A stretch of DNA of 58,651 nucleotides from a bacterium (GCA_030649025.1 JAUSGO010000002.1:1-58651), one strand, 5' to 3'; numbered from the stretch's first letter, positions 16,175-25,392 are shown. Notes: a model not told the origin generated them from the sequence alone. Translations and numbers: made by a program.

Positions 16175-16297
16175 GTCTGGCGTGTGCCCGGTGCAACAAC
16201 GGGCAGAAACTTTTTTCCGATGAAGGTCATAAAATCCGTATCAATTAACTTCTTACTATAACTCGATTTGCACCTGCATCTGGTTGTAGTACCAGGT

Positions 16298-17083
16298 ATG
16301 TCTCAAGACCCATCAAACAAAGTAGAAGACGTTATTCCTGCGGAAGCAGGTATTCCCGTTTCGCATCCGAAGCTCAATGTGCTTTTGGAAATGCTTCGGG
16401 AGGGAGTGCATTTTGGGCATCGCACGAGTCGCTGGTCGCCCAAAATGTACAACTACGTGCACGGCACGAAAGGAACCATTCACGTGATCAATCTGGAAAG
16501 TACGCTTGAAAAACTCGAAGAAGCGGAGGCATTCGTTGAAAATTTGGGACGTGAGGGGAAAACGGTTCTTTTCGTAGGGACCAAGCCGTCCGCATGCGCC
16601 ATCATTGAAAGCGAGGCTAAGCGATGCCTCATGCCGCATGTCGTAAATAGATGGCTTGGAGGAACATTGACGAACTTTTCATCGCTTTCCAAGCGTCTTA
16701 AGTATCTTGACGATTTGGAGGCAAAAAAACAGCGCGGGGAACTTGCCAAGTATACTAAAAAAGAACGGGTTGATTTTGACAAGGAGCTTGCGGAACTTGA
16801 GGAAAAATTCGGCGGCATCAGGCAACTTACCAAAATCCCCGATGCGCTTTTTATCGTGGACATCACCAAGGAAACGACCGCAGTGCGCGAAGCAAAGCGC
16901 ATGCGGGTCCCGACAATAGCCCTTGTTGATACGAACGCCGATCCCACGCTGGTCACGCATCCTATTCCGGCAAACGACGACGCGATCACCGCTGTCTCTT
17001 ACATCGTGAAACGCATTGCCGACGCCATACTCAAAGGAAAATCGGCAATGCAAAAAACAGCGGAGCCGGAACAACATTTATAA
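16298..17083 (+). CDS. rpsB: 30S ribosomal protein S2
   Basis: GVHFGHRTSRWSPKM and LFIVD..KETTAVREA motifs. Start trimmed to the ATG at 16298. Confidence 0.9.
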   Translation: MSQDPSNKVEDVIPAEAGIPVSHPKLNVLLEMLREGVHFGHRTSRWSPKMYNYVHGTKGTIHVINLESTLEKLEEAEAFVENLGREGKTVLFVGTKPSACAIIESEAKRCLMPHVVNRWLGGTLTNFSSLSKRLKYLDDLEAKKQRGELAKYTKKERVDFDKELAELEEKFGGIRQLTKIPDALFIVDITKETTAVREAKRMRVPTIALVDTNADPTLVTHPIPANDDAITAVSYIVKRIADAILKGKSAMQKTAEPEQHL

Positions 17084-17103
17084 TCTTATCGCTTGTTTGT
17101 ATC

Positions 17104-17691
17104 ATGCCAATTTCTACGGAAGCGATAAAGAATCTTCGCGAAAAGACACAAGCGGCTTTGGGCGATTGCAGAGCTTCGCTTGAAGAGGCCGGCGGTGACA
17201 TGCAGCGCGCAGAAGAGTTGTTGCGCGTTCGCGGAAAGCTTATTGCGGAGAAAAAAGCCAGCCGAGCCGCGCATGCGGGCATTGTTGAGGCATACGTGCA
17301 TCAGAATGGCCGCGTCGGAGTGCTTGTGGAAGTGCGATGCGAAACCGATTTCGTTGCCCGCAATGAGTTTTTCAAAGCCTTGGCCCACGATGTTGCGCTG
17401 CAAATTGCGGCGATGAGCCCGTTATACGTGGAACCCGGAGAAATTCCCGAAGAGATTGTTTCGCGCGAGCGCGCGAATTTTGAGAAAGAATTTTCCTCAT
17501 CGGGCAAACCCCCGGAGGTTGTTAAAAAAATCGTTGAAGGAAAATTGGCTAAACTTTTTGAAGAAAAATCTCTCTTGACACAGGCATTCGTGAAAGACCC
17601 TTCGCGAAGCGTTCGCGATATCATCACGGACATCGTGGGAAAACTTGGAGAGAATGTCCGCGTTGAACGATTTGTGAGATACGAATTTTAA
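17104..17691 (+). CDS. tsf: translation elongation factor Ts (short form)
   Basis: N-terminal UBA-like IKNLREKTQAALGDCRASLEEAGGDMQRAEELLR, plus the rpsB-tsf order. Confidence 0.9.
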   Translation: MPISTEAIKNLREKTQAALGDCRASLEEAGGDMQRAEELLRVRGKLIAEKKASRAAHAGIVEAYVHQNGRVGVLVEVRCETDFVARNEFFKALAHDVALQIAAMSPLYVEPGEIPEEIVSRERANFEKEFSSSGKPPEVVKKIVEGKLAKLFEEKSLLTQAFVKDPSRSVRDIITDIVGKLGENVRVERFVRYEF

Positions 17692-17694
17692 GAC

Positions 17695-18366
17695 ATGCTT
17701 CCTACCCTTTTCATGCTTTTTGTGATAAGCGGGGTGACGCTTATCGTATTGTTTACGCGCAAGCTTCCGCAGGCCCGCGCTGTTATCGTGCTGAAAAACG
17801 CAATGTCTCCAGCCGTGCCGGTTGGTGCGGTGATGAACGCAGCTGCGGCGCAAGCCGGAAATATTTTTTTCAGGCTTCTCGAGAAGTTTTTACGCCGTTT
17901 TAAGATTATCGCGATGAAGTCCGATAACGCATCAACGGTATGGATACATCGCATAAAAGAGAGATCGAAAAATCTTTCGCTGCAGTATCACGATTGGCGC
18001 ATGCAGAAGCACGGCCTGCCCAAGGTTTCGTTTGAATCTTCGCTGGTCTCGGATATTGAGGAATGGTTTGACGGTTTTTTTCACCGGTATTTCAGGAGAG
18101 GCGTGGGATACGACCGCACGACGGTGCGAGACGATCTGGAACCGCGCGAGAAGGTGCTGGTCGCGGCAATTCTTGCCGATCCGAAGAATGTCTCCGCGTA
18201 TCGCGATCTTGGCTTGTATTATTTCGAGCAGGGGAATCTGCCCGATGCCCTTTCGGCCTTTGAAGCCATTCGCAAGATAGATCCGACCAACTCCGAAGCC
18301 GCCGATCGCCTGCGGCATATTAAGGAAGTATTGGGAATGCCGGAAGAAGGAACGCGTAACACGTAA
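17695..18366 (+). CDS. membrane-anchored TPR repeat protein
   Basis: N-terminal TM. The C-terminal AYRDLGLYYFEQGNLPDALSAFEAIRKIDP is TPR-like. Confidence 0.6.
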   Translation: MLPTLFMLFVISGVTLIVLFTRKLPQARAVIVLKNAMSPAVPVGAVMNAAAAQAGNIFFRLLEKFLRRFKIIAMKSDNASTVWIHRIKERSKNLSLQYHDWRMQKHGLPKVSFESSLVSDIEEWFDGFFHRYFRRGVGYDRTTVRDDLEPREKVLVAAILADPKNVSAYRDLGLYYFEQGNLPDALSAFEAIRKIDPTNSEAADRLRHIKEVLGMPEEGTRNT

Positions 18367-18435
18367 CGAGTATATATTTCTCGAGACCTCTTTTCCCGCG
18401 CACCAGACCAGTTTCACTGGTCGGAGCGGGGTTCC

Positions 18436-18470
18436 GCTCCGCCTCCTTTGTTGGCGGAGCTTCACTTTTT
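18436..18470 (+). terminator. intrinsic terminator after the TPR gene
   Basis: GCTCCGCC-tcctttgtt-GGCGGAGC followed by ttcacttttt. Its left arm can alternatively pair in GGAGCGGggttCCGCTCC. Confidence 0.6.
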
Positions 18471-18472
18471 GC

Positions 18473-18501
18473 TTGAAATACCGTAAAATACAGGATATAC
18501 T
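18473..18501 (+). promoter_or_regulatory. sigma70-type promoter of the tRNA-Thr unit
   Basis: TTGAAA-17 nt-TATACT. Confidence 0.6.
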
Positions 18502-18618
18502 GCCACCTTAGCGAATTGGGCAAAATGCTCCGGGGGAGCATTTTGCGGGCGGTATCCTCGTTTCGAAAAGATGAAATCCGCCCAGGAAGAGCAGTTGGTT
18601 TGCACCAGTCCCGTTAGA

Positions 18619-18690
18619 GCCGACCTAGCTCAATGGCAGAGCAACGCTTTTGTAAAGCGAAGGTTCCGAGTTCGACTCTCGGGGTCGGCT
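18619..18690 (+). tRNA. tRNA-Thr (anticodon UGU), CCA not encoded
   Basis: Manual cloverleaf: acceptor GCCGACC/GGTCGGC, D arm GCTC..GAGC, anticodon loop TTTGTAA, T arm CCGAG-TTCGACT-CTCGG. Confidence 0.85.
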
Positions 18691-18692
18691 CT

Positions 18693-18824
18693 AACGGGAT
18701 AAACAAGTCGTCGGTTCTCCCGATTTTCACTTATTATGCAATAAAGAAATCGGGATCCTCGATGCCTAGGTATCGGGAGAATCCGACCTCAGGCACATCA
18801 ACAAATGCAACGGGATAAATAAGT
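18693..18824 (+). repeat. 116-bp unit bounded by 16-bp direct repeats (aacgggataaaYaagt) with an internal 14-bp-stem hairpin
   Basis: Direct repeats at 18693-18708 and 18809-18824 (15/16 identical). Stem tcggttctcccgat / atcgggagaatccga. Confidence 0.8.
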
Positions 18825-18937
18825 TATCAATGTTGGGCAGGCCCCCACACCAATTGATTAATAAGTTTTTTGTAGCGCTGGAAAAACATTATGCTATTTT
18901 AGAAGTGCTTTGTTGCTGGTATACTCGATTGGTGTGG

Positions 18938-19021
18938 GGGCAGGTACCGAAGTGGTTAAACGGGACTGGCTGTAGACCAGTTGGCATAACGCCTTCGGGG
19001 GTTCGAATCCCTCCCTGCCCA
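18938..19021 (+). tRNA. tRNA-Tyr (anticodon GUA), long variable arm, CCA not encoded
   Basis: Acceptor GGGCAGG/CCTGCCC, anticodon stem ACTGG/CCAGT, loop CTGTAGA, T arm GGGGG-TTCGAAT-CCCTC. 84 nt, with an unusual G at position 37. Confidence 0.85.
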
Positions 19022-19028
19022 CTAACAA

Positions 19029-19058
19029 TTTTAAAACACCCAAGCGAGTGTTTTAAAA
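19029..19058 (+). terminator. intrinsic terminator after tRNA-Tyr
   Basis: ttttaaaacac-ccaagcga-gtgttttaaaa followed by tttgtttg. Confidence 0.6.
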
Positions 19059-19078
19059 TTTGTTTGTTGTGTTGATGA

Positions 19079-19168
19079 GGAGGGATTCGAAGGGAGCCAA
19101 AGTCTTGGCTCCCAGGGTTTTTACGACTGGAAGAATGAGGGAGTAAAAACGAATCCCTCCCTGCCCAC
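19079..19168 (+). repeat. tRNA-Tyr-derived inverted and direct repeat (T-arm/acceptor 3' half duplicated)
   Basis: 19150-19168 (cgaatccctccctgcccac) is identical to tRNA positions 19004-19022. 19079-19089 (ggagggattcg) is its reverse complement. Confidence 0.9.
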
Positions 19169-19229
19169 CAAAACAAAAACCCAGACAGGGTGTTTTTTTG
19201 TTTCTGTTATGCTGAGAAACGCGGTTTCA

Positions 19230-19258
19230 TTGACAGGCTTTTACTTGTGGACTATCCT
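19230..19258 (+). promoter_or_regulatory. sigma70-type promoter of the ASCH gene
   Basis: TTGACAggc-17 nt spacer-TATCCT. Confidence 0.6.
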
Positions 19259-19286
19259 CGAATAAGATCTTTAGAGGAGGAAAAAA

Positions 19287-19682
19287 ATGAAGCAGCCAAT
19301 GCAAGCCCTGCTCATCGCGCCGGAGCCGGAGATGCGCGACGCCATTCACGGTCACCGCAAAGAGATCACGATCCGAGAAGGGCATCGCGCCTATAACTTG
19401 GGAGTTGCGATGCTGTGTTGCCAAATCGTTCCTTGGGCGGTCTTGGCGGACATCACGAGCGTAAGGCACTGCCTCGCGAAAGAGGTAACTCCGGCAGAAT
19501 ACAAAGCCGATGGATTCACATCGCGCAAGGATATGTGCGAGCAGATGAGGAGATTTTATCCGAACTTCTCCATGGATTCCCCGGTAACCATTGTCCGATG
19601 GACCAATGCCCGCGGATTTTTCGTTGATCACCCCGAGGAGTACTCGGCATTTCACGACTCCGTGAAATCAATCATTGGCTGA
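19287..19682 (+). CDS. ASCH domain protein (YqfB-like)
   Basis: ..HRKEITIREGHR.. and the ..VTIVRW.. layout resemble the E. coli YqfB ASCH fold. GGAGG RBS. Confidence 0.6.
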   Translation: MKQPMQALLIAPEPEMRDAIHGHRKEITIREGHRAYNLGVAMLCCQIVPWAVLADITSVRHCLAKEVTPAEYKADGFTSRKDMCEQMRRFYPNFSMDSPVTIVRWTNARGFFVDHPEEYSAFHDSVKSIIG

Positions 19683-19691
19683 AGACTTCCG

Positions 19692-19718
19692 ACTGACGAG
19701 TAAAACCGTCAGTTTTTA
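19692..19718 (+). terminator. intrinsic terminator
   Basis: ACTGACG-agtaaaac-CGTCAGT followed by TTTTTATT. Confidence 0.7.
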
Positions 19719-19899
19719 TTCATAAACGGGAGTGTGTGATTATGCCAGAACTAAGTTAAGCGTTTTTCGTCAAAAAAGTTCTTACATCATTCCATGCCGT
19801 CCATCTGAACAGATGAGTTGATGGCTATAGCAAAAGAAAAACCCCGGCCTATTGGCGGGGGTTATTATGTGATTAAATAATTTTCCCTTCAGGAAATTA

Positions 19900-19928
19900 T
19901 TGACAAAGTTTTAAAGATTAGCTACACT
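19900..19928 (+). promoter_or_regulatory. sigma70-type promoter
   Basis: TTGACA-17 nt-TACACT. Confidence 0.6.
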
Positions 19929-20021
19929 ACCATCTTCGCAGAATTCAAGGATTTTTGAATCTCTGCTGAAGAATCAGAACATTGTCAACTGAATACCAAG
20001 CCTAAAAAGGAGGTGAATGCC

Positions 20022-20318
20022 ATGTTTTTTTGGTGGGCTCTAGAAACGATCGTTACCTTGCTGGTTTTTTACGTAGCAACCGGCCAAATTCTCATTCCTC
20101 TTTGGCGCGGGACGCCTTGCTTCCCAGGGTTCCGAAGTAAGGAAGCCGAGCTTCATCGGAAGCTTGAAAGGGCAAGGCAAGAGGAGATAGAGAGAGAACT
20201 TGAACTCCAGTATGAGGCTACTCAAAAGCAGGAGACCAGCCAAGAGGCCGACCCTGCTCCTCAATCTTCACCGGCCAGCGAAAGCCAGCCGGACCCAAAA
20301 AACCCTGCCGGTAGCTAA
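20022..20318 (+). CDS. small single-TM protein with acidic/Pro-rich tail
   Basis: AGGAGG lies 8 nt before the ATG at 20022. N-terminal TM FFWWALETIVTLLVFYVATG, then a charged coil. It precedes the SPFH gene in a yqiJ-yqiK-like arrangement. Confidence 0.6.
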   Translation: MFFWWALETIVTLLVFYVATGQILIPLWRGTPCFPGFRSKEAELHRKLERARQEEIERELELQYEATQKQETSQEADPAPQSSPASESQPDPKNPAGS

Positions 20319-20380
20319 GCGTATCCCGGCGAACAGCGAAGAAGTTTTCGCTAAAAATTTTCTGAAAAGAGGAAAAAATC

Positions 20381-21610
20381 ATGGAACTGACTGTGCCCCG
20401 CAGGGCGTTAGCTCTTGTGATAGCAGTTGTTGTCCTGGTCATTGGTCTTTTTTCCATCGGTTCTATTTTTGAGAACGTGGATGCCGGAGAAATTCTCGTT
20501 GTCCAGGACGTGTATGACGGCGAACTGCACTGGTACCCCACCGCCGGTTACAAACCGCAGTGGTTTGGGAAAGTGACCAAGTATCACAAACGCTCCCAAT
20601 TCTGGTTCAGCTCAAGGCCGGATCAGGGAAATGAAGCGAACCAATCGCTCCAGGTCCGTTTCAACGACAAGGGTCACGCGAAGATTTCCGGGTCCCTTGC
20701 TTGGGAAATGCCGATCAGCGAAGAACATCTAACCATGCTGCACACCAAATACGGCAGCCAGGAGGCCATCGAGCAACAACTCATCCGCACGGTAGTTGAA
20801 AAGGCCGTGTATATGACGGGCCCCCTCATGAGCTCGCAGGAATCGGCAGCCGAGCGCAGGAATGAGCTTTTGCAGTTCATCGAGGATCAGGTCGCAAACG
20901 GCGTCTATCGGACCGAAACGGTTCAGGAGAAACAGGCGGATCCGGTTACCGGACAACAGAGGACCGTCAGCATTGTGAAGCTTGTCATGGAAGGCGGCAA
21001 AGTTGTACGGTCCGACGAATCTCCTTTGAAAACATTCGGTATCCGGACATTCAACCCCTCCATCAACGAAGTGGCGTACGATCCGACGGTTGAAGCACAG
21101 ATCCAGGAACAGCAGAAGGCCACCATGGCGGTGCAAACCTCCATGGCAAACGCCAAAAAGGCCGAGCAGGATGCCATTACGGTAGCCAAGAACGGCGAGG
21201 CTCTTGCCGCGAAAGCCAAGTGGGACCAGGAAGTCATCAAGGCCACGGCGGTAACAAAAGCGCAACAGGAACTGGAAGTGGCCACGTTGGCCGCCAAAGC
21301 CGCCGAGCAGACAAAGCGCGAAAACATCCTTCTGGGAGAAGGCGAGGCCGAACGCAAGCGTCTGGTGATGAACGCCGACGGAGCGCTAGATTTGAAGCTC
21401 AAGACATGGCTTGACTCGCAGAAGGTTTGGGCGGATGCTTTCGCCAAACACCAGGGACCCATGGTGCCGAACGTCGTGTCCGGCAGCGGAGGCGGTGGCG
21501 CGAATGCCGCGATCAACGCCAACACCATGATAGAAGTGCTTGGCGTCAAAGCGCTCAAGGACTTGAGTCTCGACATGACCATGACGCAGGGAGCTAAGGC
21601 GCGGAAGTGA
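20381..21610 (+). CDS. SPFH/Band-7 (flotillin-like) protein
   Basis: N-terminal TM, then VDAGEILVVQDV... (SPFH core) and a long Ala/Lys/Glu coiled-coil C-terminus. Confidence 0.8.
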   Translation: MELTVPRRALALVIAVVVLVIGLFSIGSIFENVDAGEILVVQDVYDGELHWYPTAGYKPQWFGKVTKYHKRSQFWFSSRPDQGNEANQSLQVRFNDKGHAKISGSLAWEMPISEEHLTMLHTKYGSQEAIEQQLIRTVVEKAVYMTGPLMSSQESAAERRNELLQFIEDQVANGVYRTETVQEKQADPVTGQQRTVSIVKLVMEGGKVVRSDESPLKTFGIRTFNPSINEVAYDPTVEAQIQEQQKATMAVQTSMANAKKAEQDAITVAKNGEALAAKAKWDQEVIKATAVTKAQQELEVATLAAKAAEQTKRENILLGEGEAERKRLVMNADGALDLKLKTWLDSQKVWADAFAKHQGPMVPNVVSGSGGGGANAAINANTMIEVLGVKALKDLSLDMTMTQGAKARK

Positions 21611-21634
21611 TGGGTTTAAGAAAGCAAATTTAAT

Positions 21635-21680
21635 ACCCGTAGGCAGGAATTGCATATTCCTCCCGCGGGTTTTTTTATTT
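21635..21680 (+). terminator. intrinsic terminator
   Basis: acCCGtaggcAGGAATtgcatATTCCTcccgCGGGt followed by TTTTTTTATTTT. Confidence 0.7.
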
Positions 21681-21700
21681 TGAGTAATATTTTAAGACTA

Positions 21701-21730
21701 TTGACAATTATCACTAAATTATGTTACGAT
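21701..21730 (+). promoter_or_regulatory. sigma70-type promoter
   Basis: TTGACA-18 nt-TACGAT. Confidence 0.55.
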
Positions 21731-21792
21731 GAAAAGCACGTTGAAATTCAAAATTTAGACATCTAAATCTCAAAGAACAGGGGGAGGATGAC

Positions 21793-22398
21793 ATGTTAGG
21801 AAAAGTATTGAAAAAGTTCGGTTTTGCGAAATTGGCCTTGGGTGTGCTGATCGCAGGATTCCTAGCTGGGATTCTCTGGAATGCTCTGGTTTCAGATCAG
21901 ACGAAGTATTACTGCTGGACGCGGCTTCCGCAGAGCCTCCAGACCGTATTCGATCCCGACATCCGCTATTCGGATCACTTTGTGGAAGTTCCATTGAGGG
22001 ACGGAACGACCGCAGAGTTCTCCATCGAGGCGAAATTTCACGTCAGTCGGGGAAATAAATTTTTCGACCACGAGCCTGCAGTGGTAGAGCTACGTCGTCT
22101 TGCGCTGGAATTCGCCTGCTGGAAAGTTATGCTGGCGCATATGCCGGATTCGCAAACGGTTGAAAAGAGCCAGAAGGAACTTGAGGAAGAGATGCAGTAT
22201 ATTTTCGCCGGCAAGATAAGATCCGCCGTCGATCAAGTTGACGCTGTCAAGTTCGAGGTTCTCGACATCTCGATCCGCAGAATTGTAGTGAGACTGGCCG
22301 AGAATGAGTCGATAGGAGGCGATGCAACAGATCTTACGGCGAGTCGGCTTCCCGGTTCTGGTAAAGCCCGGAATAAATCGCAGCGATGTTTTTCATAA
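21793..22398 (+). CDS. membrane-anchored SPFH-like protein, short
   Basis: N-terminal TM. VEVPLRDGTTAEFSIEAKFHV resembles the SPFH beta-strand core. GGGGGAGG RBS. Confidence 0.5.
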   Translation: MLGKVLKKFGFAKLALGVLIAGFLAGILWNALVSDQTKYYCWTRLPQSLQTVFDPDIRYSDHFVEVPLRDGTTAEFSIEAKFHVSRGNKFFDHEPAVVELRRLALEFACWKVMLAHMPDSQTVEKSQKELEEEMQYIFAGKIRSAVDQVDAVKFEVLDISIRRIVVRLAENESIGGDATDLTASRLPGSGKARNKSQRCFS

Positions 22399-22494
22399 AT
22401 AACATCCTGCGGTTTTTTTATTCCCGTATTGTTCAGAAGCCGTTGCCGCATCTTGACAGGCGTGGTACGATGGATAGCAACTATTGCCTCCCAC

Positions 22495-25368
22495 ATGAAA
22501 AAAACTTCTCATCAGGACATCATTCGAATCCGTGGCGCGCGGGTCCATAATCTTAAGAACGTCGATGTGGACATTCCGCGTAATAAACTCGTGGTCATCA
22601 CGGGCCTTTCCGGTTCCGGCAAAAGCTCCCTTGCCTTCGACACGATCTACGCGGAGGGCGAACGGCGTTTCGTGGAATCGCTCTCAAGCTACGCCCGGCA
22701 GTTCCTGGGCGTAAAGGATAAGCCCGATGTAGACAGCATCGACGGTCTATCACCCGCAATCTCCATAGACCAAAAAAGCGTATCCAAAAATCCCCGTTCG
22801 ACCGTGGGAACCATCACCGAAGTGTACGACCACCTCCGGCTATTATTTGCGCGCGTTGGCCGTCCGCATTGCCCGAAATGCGCGCGTCCCGTAGTGAAGC
22901 AGTCGGTGTCACAGATGGTCTTGAAGGTCCTTGAACTTTCCCGCGGCACCGATGTGGCAATTCTTTCTCCGCTCGTACGCGATAAAAAAGGCGAGCATAA
23001 AGGCGTGCTTAAGCGCGTTGAAGAGGGGAGGTATGTGCGCGTGCGGTTCGACGGAACGGTCATGCGGGTTGAGGAGGCGCTTGCCATGAACATTGACGCC
23101 AAGAAAAAACATTCTATTGAGATCGTGATAGACCGGCTTGAAATGGAGCGCGATCTTGACAAGGCGCGCCTCGCCGATTCTTTGGAACAGGCATTGAAGC
23201 TCGGCGATGGGACGGTGATCGTGCAGGCGGCAAATACCAAAGGAATTACGGATAATGCAAAAATAGATGCCCAGGACATTGTGTTTTCCGAGCGGTTTTC
23301 CTGTGCGAATTGCGGAACGAATTTGCCCGAAATTGAGCCGCGGCTCTTTTCCTTTAACTCACCGCATGGGGCATGCCCGCATTGCACGGGCCTGGGGACG
23401 CGTCTTGAAGTCGACCCCGACTTGGTGCTGCCAAATCCGAACCTGACGCTTGCAGAGGGCGCTATCCGTCCGTGGGCGGCCGCATCGCATCGCGTGGGAC
23501 GCCAAGGATGGTATATGTATATGCTGGAAGAATTTGCGGGACGGAATAATTTTTCCCTCAATGTTCCGGTGAAAAAGCTTCCGAAAAATGTCACGGACCT
23601 TCTATTGTATGGGGAAAAGGGAAAGGCGGAGGGAAAGGTTGAAGGGAAGGTGTTTGAGGGTATCATTCCTAATCTTGAGCGCAGACATCGCGAATCGGAT
23701 TCCGATTACACCAAAGCGGAGATCGAGCAATACATGATAGAGAAAATATGCGAGGCATGTCTCGGCAGACGATTGAAGCCGGAAGCATTGGCTGTAAAGT
23801 TTCTGGGGAAAGGGATCGATGAGGTTGTGTCGCAGACTTGTTCGGATGCCATGGCATTCTTCAAGAAGGTATCCGGCGAAGGACTTTCAAAGAATGAACT
23901 TGTCATCGTGTCTCCTCTTGCAAAAGAAATTCTCAAGCGCCTGCAGTTTCTGGTTGATGTGGGGCTCGATTACCTTACGCTTGACCGTTCGGCACGTACC
24001 TTAGCGGGCGGCGAAGGCCAGCGCATACGACTTGCGACGCAGATCGGCTCACAGCTGGTCGGAGTGCTTTATATTCTGGATGAGCCGTCCATAGGGCTTC
24101 ATGCCAGAGACCATGACCGCCTCATCACATCGATCAAAAATCTCCGCGATTTGGGAAATAGCGTCATTGTGGTAGAGCACGACCGGGAGACGATTTTTGC
24201 GGCCGATTGGGTTGTGGATGTAGGACCGGGAGCAGGGAGGCATGGAGGCGAAATTGTTGCCCAAGGCACGCCTGAGACAGTCCGAAAAACCCATACGCTG
24301 ACGGGAGATTATCTGGCGGGGAGAAAAGAGATCGAAGCGCCAAAAAAACTGCGCAAGGGATCGGGAAAATTCTTGGAAATTATCGATGCGAGCCAGCACA
24401 ACTTGCGGCATGTCACTATGCGCCTGCCGTTGGGCACCTTCATCTGTGTTACGGGCGTCTCGGGTTCGGGAAAGTCCACGCTTATTATTGATACCATGGC
24501 CCGCGCGCTCGCCCAAAAATTATATCACGCTAAACCCCAGCCCGGAGCGTATAAGGATATGCGCGGCATCGAACACATTGATAAAATGGTGCACGTAGAC
24601 CAATCTCCCATAGGCCGTACGCCCAGAAGCAACCCGGCAACGTATATTGGTGCCTTCACCCATATCCGAGATCTTTTTTCTCGGACGGAGGAAGCAAGGG
24701 TCCGCGGGTATGAGCCGGGACGGTTCAGCTTCAACGTAAAGGGGGGGCGGTGCGAAGCGTGCCGCGGCGAGGGAGTGCGGAAAATTGAAATGTATTTTCT
24801 GCCGGATATGTACGTGGAGTGCGAAGAATGCCACGGGCGCAGATACAACCGAGAGGCGCTGGAGATCTTATACAAAGAAAAAAATATCTCCGATATTCTG
24901 GAGATGAGCGTTGACGAAGCGCTGAAATTTTTTGACGCCATTCCCTCCCTGAAGCAAAAGCTAAAAACGCTTTCCGAAGTGGGGCTGGGATATATCAAAG
25001 TTGGACAGGCAGCTACCACGCTTTCCGGAGGCGAGGCGCAGAGAGTGAAGCTTGCCACAGAGCTTTCGCGCAGAGACACGGGGCGCACGCTCTATATTTT
25101 AGACGAGCCGACAACGGGGCTTCATTTTGAAGATATCAAGAAACTTCTCCACGTGTTGCAGCGCCTGGTAGATAAGGGCAACACCGTGCTGGTCATCGAG
25201 CACAATCTTGATGTTATTAAGTGCGCGGACTGGATTTTGGATCTTGGCCCCGAAGGAGGGTCCGGCGGCGGCGGCATTGTTGCCGAAGGCACTCCGAAGG
25301 ATATTATGAAGGCGAAGGGAAGCTATACGGGGGAGTGGCTGAAGAAATTCATGAAACAGGAAACATGA
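22495..25368 (+). CDS. uvrA: excinuclease ABC subunit A
   Basis: [13 protein letters not shown], two Walker A motifs ([18 protein letters not shown]), and zinc modules (CPKC, CANCG..CPHC, CEAC..CEEC). Start trimmed to the ATG at 22495. Confidence 0.95.
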   Translation: MKKTSHQDIIRIRGARVHNLKNVDVDIPRNKLVVITGLSGSGKSSLAFDTIYAEGERRFVESLSSYARQFLGVKDKPDVDSIDGLSPAISIDQKSVSKNPRSTVGTITEVYDHLRLLFARVGRPHCPKCARPVVKQSVSQMVLKVLELSRGTDVAILSPLVRDKKGEHKGVLKRVEEGRYVRVRFDGTVMRVEEALAMNIDAKKKHSIEIVIDRLEMERDLDKARLADSLEQALKLGDGTVIVQAANTKGITDNAKIDAQDIVFSERFSCANCGTNLPEIEPRLFSFNSPHGACPHCTGLGTRLEVDPDLVLPNPNLTLAEGAIRPWAAASHRVGRQGWYMYMLEEFAGRNNFSLNVPVKKLPKNVTDLLLYGEKGKAEGKVEGKVFEGIIPNLERRHRESDSDYTKAEIEQYMIEKICEACLGRRLKPEALAVKFLGKGIDEVVSQTCSDAMAFFKKVSGEGLSKNELVIVSPLAKEILKRLQFLVDVGLDYLTLDRSARTLAGGEGQRIRLATQIGSQLVGVLYILDEPSIGLHARDHDRLITSIKNLRDLGNSVIVVEHDRETIFAADWVVDVGPGAGRHGGEIVAQGTPETVRKTHTLTGDYLAGRKEIEAPKKLRKGSGKFLEIIDASQHNLRHVTMRLPLGTFICVTGVSGSGKSTLIIDTMARALAQKLYHAKPQPGAYKDMRGIEHIDKMVHVDQSPIGRTPRSNPATYIGAFTHIRDLFSRTEEARVRGYEPGRFSFNVKGGRCEACRGEGVRKIEMYFLPDMYVECEECHGRRYNREALEILYKEKNISDILEMSVDEALKFFDAIPSLKQKLKTLSEVGLGYIKVGQAATTLSGGEAQRVKLATELSRRDTGRTLYILDEPTTGLHFEDIKKLLHVLQRLVDKGNTVLVIEHNLDVIKCADWILDLGPEGGSGGGGIVAEGTPKDIMKAKGSYTGEWLKKFMKQET

Positions 25369-25392
25369 AGCGTGAAGCATGAAAAAAAGAAA

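Noticed and set aside
16039-16230. 63-aa minus-strand ORF in the rpmE/rpsB divergent region
   Set aside because: It has no RBS, overlaps the putative rpsB promoter and leader hairpins, and shows no recognisable motif.
19079-19171. Possible extra tRNA or tmRNA 3' domain ending ...CCCTCCCTGCCCACCA
   Set aside because: No matching 5' acceptor strand (GGGCAGG) lies at tRNA distance. The would-be T-loop is 13 nt and lacks TTCRA. I interpret it as a duplicated fragment of tRNA-Tyr.
20923-21582. 219-aa minus-strand ORF inside the SPFH gene (also 20729-21265)
   Set aside because: It is antisense to the Ala/Lys/Glu coiled-coil coding region. Its translation is Ala/Ser/Cys-rich with no RBS, so it is a shadow ORF.
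22689-23666. 325-aa minus-strand ORF inside uvrA
   Set aside because: It lies entirely antisense to a strongly supported CDS. Its Ser/Arg/Pro-rich low-complexity translation has no start context. It is a typical shadow ORF.
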